From: the human T2T-CHM13v2.0 reference genome, Homo sapiens
Reading direction: 5' to 3' (one strand)
Length of the DNA: 64,000 nucleotides
Assembly (NCBI RefSeq): GCF_009914755.1
Contig: NC_060943.1
The stretch's first letter is position 1; each line of letters opens with the position of its first letter. Of this stretch, positions 1 to 11,374 are shown piece after piece. Below the pieces are notes generated by a model. That model searched no databases. It was not told where the DNA came from and saw nothing but the letters and a program-made list of their open reading frames with translations. The position numbers were made by a program, and so were the translations under genes.

Positions 1-587
1 TTCCCTTGCCACACTCCACCCTCTATTCAGGCACAGTGCCAGGAAGCCTGTGGAAATATAAATCAGATCCTGTCACCAGTCACTACCCTGCCCCCCAGCT
101 TAAAATCATCCAGTGGTTCCCATCTCAGAATAAAATCCAAGCTCCTTATCCTGCCAACCTCTAAGCTTCTGGTCCTTTCTGGTCGTCCTCAGTCACAACA
201 CACTTTCCAATGGGCTGAACACAGCCAGGCCCTGCCCTTCATGTCCTTTGCATTTGCTATTAACTCAATTTGGAGCATTCTTCCCACCCTGACCCAATAT
301 CTGTCTACTCATTTTGTTGGCCTCAGCTCAAAGGCCTCCAGCCACCCTAAAGAACCCCCTCCCTGTTCCCCACCCCCGCCAGTCATACCACCAAAGATAA
401 TTCCCTCGTATTTGGAAAGCATCTTAGTCATTTACTTCCTTATCCATGGCCTGGTTCCTCCATTAGAACATCAGTGCCCTGACAGCTGCAACCTTTCCTA
501 TCTTGCTCACTGCTGTGTCCCAGTACCTAGAGCATGCTGGGTACATAGGCGGCACTCAGTGGGTATTTGTTAAATGAATGAATGAAA
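1..587 (+). mobile_element. L2 3' fragment
   Basis: Ends cttgctcactgctgtgtcccagtacctagagc...tatttgttaaatgaatgaatgaa. Confidence 0.65.
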
Positions 588-1402
588 GTTTGAGCTGAGA
601 CTTGAAGGTAAGAGTTAGGTCTACCACAGTGTTTAGGGAAGTGTCTTGCGCAATGAGATCAGCCTGGCCAAAGATGCAAGGGGTTGAAAAACCAATGGGA
701 AGTTCATCTGGCTGAGGTGAGTAGGTAACTAAAACAGGGATGCAACTGGATCTGATAAGGACCTCAGGAAGTGAACCCCAGTACTAGGTGACTGCAGATT
801 CAGAGGTTGAAAAAGCTGAGTTGTCTTCCATAGAGAAGCTGGGTGAAAGGTGGTGTTGCTTCCGGGAGACGGGGAGCTTGGTTAGGTAAGTTTCTGCCTT
901 GGGGTGTGAGAGCTGGTCAGTTGGGCACTGAGATATGAGAGGCCTAGATGGGATCTTCCGTGGGGCATTTGGAGGGCCAGGCTGGTGGACATTGCGATTC
1001 AGAGTCACCCACAAACAGAATGAGAAGAGGGGTGATGGGCAGGATCTGAGGACTGTGAAGAGGCCTCCCCAGAAGATATTAAGCAGGAGGCAAAAAACAA
1101 GAACAAAGAGGGAGGACTAAATCAAAAGCTGTGGGAGAAAGTATTTCAAAGGGGACTTTGCTCCGCTGTGACAGATGTACCTGACATCACCGCAGTTGAG
1201 TCCTGAGGGCTGCTTGATGGCTCAGTGACAGGGAAGAGTGCTTTGGGCAAAGAGAAGAGCCAGTGAAAACAACTAGAGACAAGAGTGTTCCTGGGGGTAC
1301 TCAAGAGTAGACACCAGTAAGCAAGAAGGAGAGTGGAAGGAGATGAGGACAGAGAAACAAGGAGCCAGAGCCTGTAGGGCCTCGTCGGCCATTAGCAGTT
1401 AC

Positions 1403-1703
1403 ATTTTGTTTTTTGTTTTTTTGAGACAGAGTCTCGCTCTGTCACCCAGGCTGGAGTGCAATGGCACGATCTCGGCTCACTGCAACCTCCGCCTCCCAGG
1501 TTCAAGCAATTCTCTGCCTCAGCCTCCCAAGTAGCTGGGATTACAGGTGCCCACCACCATGCCCAGCTAATTTTTTTGTATTTTTAGTAGAGACAGGGTT
1601 TCACCATCTTGGCCAGACTGGTCTTGAACTCCTGACCTTGTGATCCACCCGCTTCGGCTTCCCAAAGTCCTGGGATTACAGGCGTGAGCCACTGTGCCCA
1701 GCC
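1403..1703 (-). mobile_element. Alu (S-type)
   Basis: Full dimer, poly-T start. Confidence 0.92.
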
Positions 1704-3629
1704 AGTAGTTACTAAAGTGAGACGAGATGCAGGGCAGGATCCCACTGGCTGTTATATGAAGGAGTGTGTGTGGAGGAGGCAAGGCAGGGAGCATGGAGAC
1801 CTGTGAGGAGCCCCCTGCAGCCATCTAGGAGAGAGGCAGACCTGACTAGGGTGCTGCCATGGAGATGGTCAGAAGTGTTTGGCTGTTTTGAAGCTATAGT
1901 CAAACAATATGTGTGACTTTTCATTTGAGCACCTGGAGTTTGAAAGGGTCCGGACTTAGCATTGCAATTTGGCTCCACCCACTGGGAGAGTGACAACTGT
2001 AGTGATAGAAAGAGCAGTCCAGGGTCCTGGACCCCAAAGCTTCTGGCCTGAGCAGCTGGAAGGGATGGAGCTGCCCTGTACTCCAGGAGAAGCCCGTTAG
2101 GTTAGAGGAATCAGGAATTTGGGTTTTGAGATGCTTATTAGACATCTGAGTGGCACTGGTCTTTACTTGCATGTAAGTTAGAGACGGTAAATACACAGTC
2201 ATATGAAATAATTCCACACATTGTGGTAAATCCTAGAAGCAGCGTGACCTGCTCTGAATGGCAAGGATGTGACGGCAGTAGTGCAGGCTGGAGGTGGTGG
2301 TGGCTTGAGGAGGGGGACTAAGCCTGGGGAGTTTTTATGGGTTCACCAGACAAGTGGGACGAAGGAGGTTCGATGGGACAGTTAGAGTCTTGGCTGGGTG
2401 GGGAGGGATGAGGTAGGAAAGAGAACAGTTGGGGGCCAAGGATGAGCCAACCCCATCACTGACCCCTCCCCTCCCAACCTCTCTGTGTCTTTCGGGGGCC
2501 ACAGAAGCTTAGGTGGATTCTGATACCAGAGCAGGGTTAAGTTCAGAACTGGAGGCCTACACACCCTCACCTCAAAAATAGGTGCAACCCCTGCTAGTCT
2601 CCCTAGAGGTTGATCTAGCCTGCCTGTGTATGTCCTTGTAAGACACAATCAGGACCCATTCCTGGAGACAGAATGCCCACCCCGACCCCTGAAAGTGAAA
2701 TCCAATTGGTCTTTTCTGTATAGCCCCCTTCCCTTGAACAGAGCATGACCTCCCTCTGTCCTTAAGAGTCTCTGACCCCTCCCCTCCCAACCTCTCTGAA
2801 TAGTCAGTAATATCTACCTTCTGATCAGGGCTGTAACATGGGTGGCCTCCTGGAAGTTGTTACAACTGGTCCTTAATAGACGCCCTCACCCCTTTGGACA
2901 GGACACGATCTAATTCTGGGTATAACCTGCTTGTTGCTCCCTCTTTTTCCCCCTGAAATCAGCTTAAGTTCCTTCTCTTCTTGGTGCATAATGGGTGCAG
3001 TCCAGGAAGCCTTCCTGGAGGCAGTGGCCTTCTTACACCAGAACCCATTTATAACCCACGTATATAAGAGCAGCAGCCACAGCTGCCCCTGGTCTATTCC
3101 AGGCAGGGGCACTATCTAGGGAACTCCTCAAAGGCAATGAAACATGTGTAACCCGCCTCCTCTCCCGGTCTAGGAGAAGCTGTCCCTTCTTGCAATGCCC
3201 GCCCCGTCATGTGCCTCCTGCCACGTGGCATGCGCCTCCCTCCGCCGTCCATGCTCGGGCCAAGTGCTGTGCGGTTCCTGCTTCTGCACCGCCTTCGAGG
3301 CGGAGGTGCAGCACACGGTGCTTGTGGGCTACCTGCTGCCGCCAGGCGCAGTGGTGGCCCTGGGCACCTCGGGCGGCAAGGATTCCACGGTGCTGGCACA
3401 CGTGCTGCGCACGCTGGCACCGGGCCTGGGCATCTTACTGCAGCTCATGGCTGTAGACAAGGGCATCGGGCGTGGCTTAGCGGGAGGATCCCAGTAAGGA
3501 GCTGGGGAAATACGCATGTGCCTATTTAGGGCCGGAGCCTACTGAAGGCTCATGTGGGTAGTACGTGTGGCTCCCTACGATGGAGTAAGGCAGGTTTTTC
3601 AAGCCTCTGGGTCTCTGACATCATCTTAG

Positions 3630-4125
3630 TGAGAGATGAAGCTGGCTGGGCTTCTGGGTCAGGTGGGCACTTGGAGAACTTTTCCGTCCAGCTAAAAGAT
3701 TGTAAACACACCAATCAGTGCTCTGTGTCTAGCTAAAGGTTTGTAAACGCACCAATCAGCACTCTATAAAACCAGACCAATCAGCACTCTGTAAAACCAG
3801 ACCAATAAGCACTCTGTAAAATGGACCAATCAGCGCTCTGTAAAATGAACCAATCAGTGCTCTGTAAAATGGACCAATCAGCAGAATGTGGGTGGGGCCA
3901 AATAAGGGAATAAAAGCTAGCCACCGAGCCTGCAGCGGCAACTCATTTGGGTCCCCTTCCACGCTGTGGGAGATTTGTGCTTTTGCTCTTCACAATAAAT
4001 GTTGCTGCAGCTCGCTCTTTGGGTCCGCACTACCTTTATGAGCTGTAACACTGCGAAGGTCTGCGGTTTCACTCCTGAAGTCAGCGAGACCAAGAACCCA
4101 GGGGAAGGAACCAATTCTGGACACA
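3630..4125 (+). mobile_element. Solo LTR12 (ERV9/HERV9 LTR)
   Basis: TG...CA ends; ~7 tandem accaat(c/a)ag CCAAT units 3710-3882; aataaaagc TATA-like box at 3909; AATAAA ~3994; 4-bp near-TSD ttag/ttgg. Confidence 0.9.
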
Positions 4126-4189
4126 TTGGTACACACATTGGCAGGTAGAGGGGCTACCTTGTAGGAGCTAAGGCTGGAATACTCTGCTA

Positions 4190-4387
4190 TCATTATTATT
4201 ATTATTATTATTATTTTGAGATGGAGTCTCACTATGTCACCTAGGATGGAGCGCAGTGGTGCAATCTAGGCTCACTGCAACCTCCGTGTGCCAGGTTAAA
4301 ACGATTCTCCTACCTCAGTCTCCTGAGTAGCTGGGCTTACAGGTGCCTGCCACCACACCTGGGTAATTTTTCTATTTTTAGTAGAGG
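4190..4387 (-). mobile_element. Alu right arm with (ATT)n tail
   Basis: Truncated at the linker. Confidence 0.85.
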
Positions 4388-5434
4388 GAAATGACTTTGT
4401 ATCTCCCTTCACAAAGAGAGATGTGAAGAGGTGTCTCTCATCGAAAGTCACACAGTCTGAAATGCTACTGTGTCTCTTAACTCCTTTTCTTTATAGGTTT
4501 CTCTCTGACAACTCTTATTTTCTCTCAATGATTACTTCAATAAGTAATCATTGTCCATTGACTAAATACCAGATACAAGCTGTGTAGCCTAGAGCAAATT
4601 ACTTAACCTCCGTTTCATCTTTTGTAAAATGGGGATGTTAATAATATCTGGGTCCTTGAGTTGGGAATTAGATGAGTTATATATAAAGCACTCAGACTAG
4701 AGGCTGAAAAACAGTAAACATGATGTAAATGTTTGCTGTTATGATGATCCACAAGAGCACAAGACAGTCTCTACTCCTGCCTGATTCTCACGAATGTAAT
4801 TATAACCTGACGAGTGCTACTACGGAAAATTACACAGAATGTGTGAATTTATATCAGGGGGTACTAGTGGCGGGGAAAAGGTGGGGATTAAGGAAACGTT
4901 TCCTGAGTGAACTGAGACCCGAAGGCTCAGTGAATAACCAGGTGAAGGATGAGTTGGAGTTTGGGCGGGGGGTGTTCTGAGCTGAGGTCACAGAGAGGCA
5001 AAGGCCTTGAGGAGGGGAAATATGACCAACTTGAGAAGCCCGAAGAAGAACAGCATTTTAATATACAGACTCAAGTATAAGATGACAAAATGCAGAATAA
5101 ACGTAGTTTCCATTTAAATTGTATGGCGACTGGTGTGTATGTATTCATTAACTTTCTTTCTGGTCTTTGTAAATCGCGTGATCTGCATTCCCAGAGGCAC
5201 TTGTGTCTACAGCTCTCTTGAGAATCCCCATTAGATGGCCCTTTTTTCTCCTGTGTAGTCTGAAATACAGTTTTAACTGAGGCTGAAATGGTGTTTGCAG
5301 CTTAAAGCACTTTTACCCGCTATGTGGAAAGAGAGCTAGCGAAGGGCTTGGTATACAGTAGGTGGATGGCAAATGAGGGCTCCCCCCAAGGAGCTTGTTT
5401 GTGTTCCCTTCAGGTTTTCTGTCCACCTCCAGTC

Positions 5435-5810
5435 TCCTTCTGGTTGCTCCATGGTGCCCGGGAGTCTCCATGGTCCGGTTTCCCCATCAGTATCTGTTCC
5501 CCCTCCCCCTGCCCCTCTCTGTCTTGGGTCCTGGCGGCCCCGCTGTGCCCTGGGTCTCCCTTCCCCGTCTCTCTCTGGGTCCTGGTTACCCACAGTGTCC
5601 CAGGGGTCTCCATGGCTCTGTCTCCCCCTCTCTGTCTCTGGATCCTGGCTGTTGCACATTGTTCGGAGGTCTCCATGGCTCGCTCTCCCCGTCGCCGTCT
5701 CTCTCTCTGGGACCTGGCGGCCCCACTGTGCCCTGGGTCTCCGTGGGTCTCCCCTCCCAGTCTCTCTCTGGGTCCTGGTGGACCCTTGGTTCCTCGAGGG
5801 GCTCCCTGGC
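5435..5810 (+). repeat. Degenerate ~55-65 bp minisatellite (ctctctgggtcctggcggcccc..tgtgccctgggtctcc) upstream of the CTU1P exon B acceptor
   Basis: About 5-6 imperfect units visible. Confidence 0.75.
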
Positions 5811-6400
5811 CAGCAGCGCCCTCCGCGCCGCACCTCACCCTCTCCCGTCTCTCCCCACCAGGTCACAACGCCGACGACATGGTGGACACCGTGCTCATGA
5901 ACTTCCTGCGGGGCGGCTGGCCCGGGGCGGGGGCCTGGGCTCTCCGGGCTAGGGGGGCGCCCTTCCGCGCTGCCGCCCGCTGCAGTTCGCCTCGCAGGAG
6001 GTGGTGCCGTACGGGCACTTCCGCCGCCTCGACTACTTCTCAGAAGAGAGGAGCGCCCGGGACCTGCTCAAGCGCCTGGAGGCGCCGCGGCCGTCGGCGG
6101 TGCTGGACCTCGTGCACTCGGCCGAACGCCTGGCGCTGGCCTCGGCCGCGCGGCCCCCGCGCCCCGGCGCCTGCCCCCGCTGTGGGGCGCTGGCCAGCCG
6201 CGCGCTCTGCCAGGCCTGCTCCCTCCTGGACGGCCTGAACCGCGGTCGGCCCCGCCTGGCCATCGGCAAGGGCCGCCGGGGGCTGGACGAGGAGGCGACG
6301 CCGGGGACGCCCGGGGATCCGGCCCGGGCCCCCACTTCCGAGACCGTCCCCACCTTCTAGCGACTCCGGGCCTCCCGCCGGGATCCGACGCGCCCGGGTG
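5810..6400. other. CpG-island-like segment over CTU1P exon B
   Basis: Very high GC and dense CpG (cgccgc, gcgcgg runs) compared with flanks. Confidence 0.8.
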
Positions 6401-6499
6401 AGGTCTGCCTGTAAATGACACTGTGAATAAACCCGTTACCTTACCTGGCCTTCCATGTGAGGTGGGAGGGGGATGGGGGCCCAGTGACCTGAAACCCTG

Positions 6500-6735
6500 A
6501 AGCTGGGACCCCAGACTTCGGGGTCTCAGGGAGGAAGGGTCTCGAGCTGGCCTTCTGGCTCTGAGGGAGGAGGGGGCTGGGGGGCCATCCTAGGTCTGAG
6601 AGAGGAGAGGACCAGGACTAGGGCTAGAGGAAGTGGGGCTGGGGACCCCAGGCATCTGTGGCTGAGGAAGGAGGGCCTGGGGTCGTGGACTCCTGGATCT
6701 CAGGGAGGAGGGGGCTGAACATCTTGTGATTCCTG
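6500..6735 (+). repeat. MSR1-type ~37-bp minisatellite units (19q13/kallikrein-locus repeat)
   Basis: Repeated (g)gtct(g/c)agggaggaggggctgggg...ggactcct motifs. Confidence 0.75.
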
Positions 6736-6853
6736 AGCGAGTGGGGGTTGGTTGGGGACCTCCTGCCCAGTTCTCTGCTGGTTCTGGGTGCGCTCAGCAT
6801 GGTCCTGACCCTCCTTGAGCACCAGATTCCTGATGTTTCCTGTTTGCCCGCAG

Positions 6854-6995
6854 TGGGGTAAGCGGAGTGACGTGACTTGATGGACACACGCCATTCACAG
6901 CCCCCGTCACGATGCCTCCCTTCCAGCGCTTCGTGTGCAGCGCGTGCTGCACCCTCATTTCGTCTCCTCCACGGCCTCACTGGCAGTAGCCTGAG
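6854..6995 (+). pseudogene. Decayed kallikrein-like serine protease exon (catalytic-His exon)
   Basis: After acceptor tttgcccgcag: LDGHT / HSQP / QRFVCS / VLHPHFV / TA.HWQ*P(g)tgag across frameshifts, collinear with KLK [33 protein letters not shown].KP|gtgag. Confidence 0.55.
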
Positions 6996-8245
6996 CCGCA
7001 GTAACTGACCTGGGGGCTCCCACCAGGTTGGCCTGGCTCCAGAGCTGTCAGAGATTTTGGGATTGCCTTTCCCCCATGCTATCCTGTCCTCATCCATCAC
7101 CACCTGAATCTCCCTTGCCGTCTCTTGTCATAGGTAAGGAGGGGCTGGTGGGCTTTGCAGACCTCTCAAGCTCTGAAGGCAGAGCTGCGCGAGCCTGAAT
7201 CGCCGCTTAACTCTTCTGACCTTCTATTTCCTCCTCTGAAAATAGAAGCAACCCTCCCTCTCCACTCCCCCGACATCAGGGTACTCTTGGGAGGATTCAG
7301 TAACTTGGTTGTTCATATTAAGGTTTGGCCACCAGGGAGCTTTTAGTTTCAGGATTGCTGCTCAGCTGGTCCTGAAAGGAGTGAGGCCCAGAAACTTCCT
7401 GCCTAACCTGTGGGAGATTTGGTGTTCTCAGTCCCACCTCCGAGCTTTGCTGGCTTGCCTCCCTAGTCAGGAATGCCTTCCCTTTCCCATCTGCCTGCTC
7501 AAACCCTCCAGGGTCCTTACAGAAAGAGGACCTTCCTGATTCTCCCCTCCCACCCAGTCCATAGGGATCTCCCAAACCCCACCCCATAGGTCCCCCACCC
7601 ATAGGTCCTGTCCTGACTCTGTGGCCTTCCCACCGTTTTGGGTTATGCTCTCCCTAATTAGACTGATCATTAAGGGCAAAGACCAGACCTCTCTCCCCAT
7701 CGGACAATAACAGCATTATTCATCCAAGAAAGACTTATTGAGCACCTAATGTGTGCAGGGGCTGTTCTAGGCACTGGTGAGAGAAAAAAGACAGAGTCTT
7801 TCATGGAACTTAGGGCCTTGTGGGAAAGACACCTATATAATGTCAGATAATTAGTGCTGTAGATAAGAAATAACATAAAGGGAAAAGGTGTAAAGAGCTG
7901 TTATTTTAGTTTGAAAGGCCAGGGCCTCTTTGAGAAGGTGACTTTGGGGCAGAGATCAAACAAAGCAAGCGAGGTTTCTAGCCATGATAGAGAAGCTAAT
8001 GTCAGAACAACACTTCCACACTAAGACTGAGACCAAATGGAAAAACAGTACACACATACACACACAAAAACAATCTGATGACATTGGAGAGCTACCAAGT
8101 TGGCCAGGATCGCAGAGAAAAGGGAAGCTCATTCTCCTGGAGGGGCCAAAAGGCTAAGGAAGCAAGCAGAAAGCAGAGGATAAGAAGATGGGAACCTGAG
8201 TTGAGCTTTCAGCAGTGTTATGGCTGGGGCTGGAGACAGAAATCA

Positions 8246-8407
<162 letters not shown>

Positions 8408-8634
8408 TCATGGAGCCTGGTGCTACCAAGGTAGACAGGACTTGAGGGACCAAAACCCTGGAAGGAAGGGAAGATCACTGAGGTGAGCCCAACATGTTTA
8501 AACTCTCCTCTCAGCAGTCTGATGGAACTGGGTAAGCCAAATTTGATGTTCCGGGTCTGATAAGGAGAGGCCCAGTAAACACCCCAAACCTTCCATTAGA
8601 ACTCAAGAAGGGTTACAGATTAAAAGTAAGGGTC

Positions 8635-8930
8635 GGCCGGGCGCAGTGGCTCACACCTGTAATCCCAGCACTTTGGGAGGCCAAGGTGGGCGGATCACGC
8701 GGTCAGGAGATCGAGACCATCCTGGCTAACACGGTGAAACCCTGTCTCTACTAAAAATACAAAAAATTAGCCGGGCGTGGTGGCGGGCGCCTGTAGTCCT
8801 GGCTACTCAGGAGGCTGAGGCAGGAGAATGGCGTGAACTCAGGAGGTGGAGCTTGCAGTGAGCTGAGATCGCGCCACTGCACTCCAGCCTGGGAAACAGA
8901 GTGAGACTCCGTCCCCCCCGCCAAAAAATA
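8635..8930 (+). mobile_element. AluY
   Basis: gagatcgagaccatcctggctaacacgg diagnostic. Confidence 0.92.
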
Positions 8931-10369
8931 TGGGTCAACTGGGAGTAGACCTGCCCACAAAAAGACCAAAACCCATCTTCAAACTCACTCAGCCTGGGGC
9001 TGGCTTAAGGGATCTGTCCCTATTCCACTTGCCAGAAAGCAAAAATAGGGTAGCCCTAGCCACATGAGCCGATTTATCTTTAAATTAATTAAAATAAAAT
9101 TAAGGATTAAGTCCTCAGTCACCCTAAACACCTTTCAAGTGCTCCTTACCACCATATTGAACAATGCAGACACAATGCCTCCATCGTCATGAAAGTTCCA
9201 TCGCACAGTGCTGTTCTAGACTGTACTAGAATCCAGAGGAGGAAAATTTCAGTCAGAGCTCAAAAAAATCTCTGCAGTTTTTCAAACAAAATACTAGAAA
9301 TTCAACTAAAAATTAAAAAGTTGACAAGCATGCCAGGAGATATGACAAAATTGTTGAATACCAAGAGGCTGGGCATCAAGCACAGATGTATTTACAGGTG
9401 TTCTAGATATGAGTTTTAGGTATGGACTTTAATTGTCATCACGTAAAAACAGATGCTAAAATGGAGAGTTTCACCATTGTATTGGATTACATTTTTAAAA
9501 GAACCATTAAAATTGTGAATGTGATTAATAATAATAACCAGGCAGAATGGAGTAACTAGTACCAGACTTACCCTCCTGCTGTAAACAACTATAAAATAGC
9601 ATAATGTATTAGGCAGTTTTCCCTGCTTTGCTCCACATGCAGGCCATCTTCCCAATTGCCAGCCCTGGGGATGACCAACACCAGCCTCAAATCTACCACC
9701 ACCTGCTTGGCTGTGTGCTTACAGAGGTAGTAGCTACGCAGGCAACAGTTTTCCATAGAACTTTCTGAGATCCCCCTTTGGGGGTCCCATGGTAACAATG
9801 GGCATACTTGGCTTTTCATATATCCCTGCACGCTCTGTCTTGCCTACCCACACCTGTTCTTCAATGGAACTGCTTAATGATGCTCTCATGATCATCCTGC
9901 CTTCTCCAAAGCATCACTTTCCAGCTCTACCACATTTGCATTAAGTTCTAGGTCCTCTAGTGAGCGCTCTATTCTCATAAAACTCTTGGCTGCTGTTTCC
10001 CTGGCCACACTCTTGTCTGGTGGAGTGATGAAAACCTATGGAGATAATTTTAAGCTCTGGGTCACATTATCCTTCTTCAGGGCATATTTACTGTTGCTTG
10101 TGGCAAGCCGACCACTTCAATTTGATCAGATATTGAGGAAATTTGGTCTGGCTTTAATCCTTATGAGGTATCATCTAGTTCCAACTCATCCTTACTCTAC
10201 AAGGTCCCAACCACAGCACTACAGTGTTTACCATGGCCCTTTTTCCTTGGCAAGCCCTCAGCCATAACTTTTATCATTCTATCCCCATGAGATTCAAATG
10301 TTCTACTTAGCTTTTCAGTCTACGCTTGGAATCAGCAACCTGTTTCATCCAAAGGATTGGGTTGTGGAA

Positions 10370-11362
10370 GACATGAAGAACCCTGAGCTGAAAGCAGAGG
10401 ACCCAGCTCGGGGCTGATCCACAGGCCACTCCTGGTACCATACCCTCCTCTGTTCCCCAGGTCCTCCCTCTCCCTGCAAGTGCTGACCCAGACACCTGAC
10501 ATTCACATCCTAGGTATCCTGGAATCTGGGTGCAATGGGGCTCTGACTTCCCCATGTCAGAGCCTGCTGAGGATATAGGACACCCAAGAACTGTTACTGG
10601 GAATGGGTCACCCTGAGACACACCTCCCTCCACCCCCACACACACTTATTGTGGTTGTGATGATCAGAAGAGCTTGCACCTTGCACTTTTCTCACTCCAG
10701 GATCCCCAGATGGACCCAGATCCAGTTCGTGGCTATTGGTTCTGGAAGGGGGCCATCCTCACCTGGATCCTCCAGTACCAAACATAACAGAGTCTAAAAT
10801 GTGAAAGAAGAAGGCAATGGCAAATCTACCTTCTCTGAGGCCTCCAAACTCGCAACTGGCCCTCAAGGATGAGAGGTGCTCAGATATGGGACACGGGAAC
10901 ACCTAAGCTCTCTGTAAGTAGAGTAGTACTCTACCTTTCACATTTAGAGGTTATGTTTTCTATTTGTGACAATATCTCACTAAAAGTCTTCTCCTCATGA
11001 GGGAAAAATGTCATGCTCCCCTCCTTCTTGGCATCTCTGTTGCTCAGTGAAGGTCCCCAAGGAGGTGGAATCAGCCTACGGTTCTTGGTGTCTCTTCTGC
11101 AGCTTTTGACCTGGTCTATTTGTGGAAATAGGAGGATCATGGAAATGGAAATGTTGACCTCTTCCACAAACCAAAAGACATAGGCTCTTCTAGAGTAAAC
11201 ACAAAAATTTCAAGATGAGAGATCAAAGCATGAGAATACAGAGGCAGTTTGTCCTGTACCACATCTTCAAATCTCAGACCTGCAGCTTCTATCCTGCATA
11301 TTTCTCCAAGCTGTACCCCAAAATGATGACGAAGGACCTTCTGTGAAGTCACATTTCCTGCA
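10370..11362 (+). pseudogene. Siglec pseudogene fragments: intron-2-like sequence + C2 start (10481-10605), V-set (10655-10925), C2 (11103-11362)
   Basis: Translations LTQTPDIHILGILESGC; LAPCTFLTP..DPVRGYWFWKGA..VKEEGNGK.YLL*GLQTRNW..MRGAQIWDTG; SILHISP...FCEVTFPA. 10390-10480 resembles SIGLEC5 intron 2. Confidence 0.8.
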
Positions 11363-11374
11363 ATCCTCTTGTCC

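Larger units (their letters stand above)
3174..6431 (+). pseudogene. Unprocessed CTU1 (cytosolic tRNA 2-thiolation protein 1) pseudogene
   Basis: Exon A 3174-~3470 (ATG 3195; [10 protein letters not shown]...CGSC...SGGKDS PP-loop...AVDKGIG, then truncated). Exon B 5862-6360 after a pyrimidine/cag acceptor (GHNADDM..TVLMNFLRG, frameshift ~5912, in-frame TAG 5950-5952, loss of the CVYAPEAFRGH segment ~6050, C-terminal CPRC..CQAC...VPTF*). AATAAA at 6426. The intron is present, so this is a segmental copy, not a retrocopy. Confidence 0.93.

Noticed and set aside
3700-3885. Short regularly spaced repeats that superficially resemble a CRISPR array
   Set aside because: These are the CCAAT tandem units of LTR12; no unique spacers, eukaryotic context, no cas genes.
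5324-6238. 304-aa ORF and overlapping 140-185 aa ORFs
   Set aside because: They run through a GC-rich stop-poor minisatellite and a frameshifted CTU1 exon, and the long ORF has a non-ATG start; not a credible full-length gene.
7270-7310. IRVLLGGFSNL resembling the start of the next kallikrein exon
   Set aside because: It lies within MIR-like sequence (tttcctcctctgaaaatag...gggaggatt) and no downstream KLK motifs follow.
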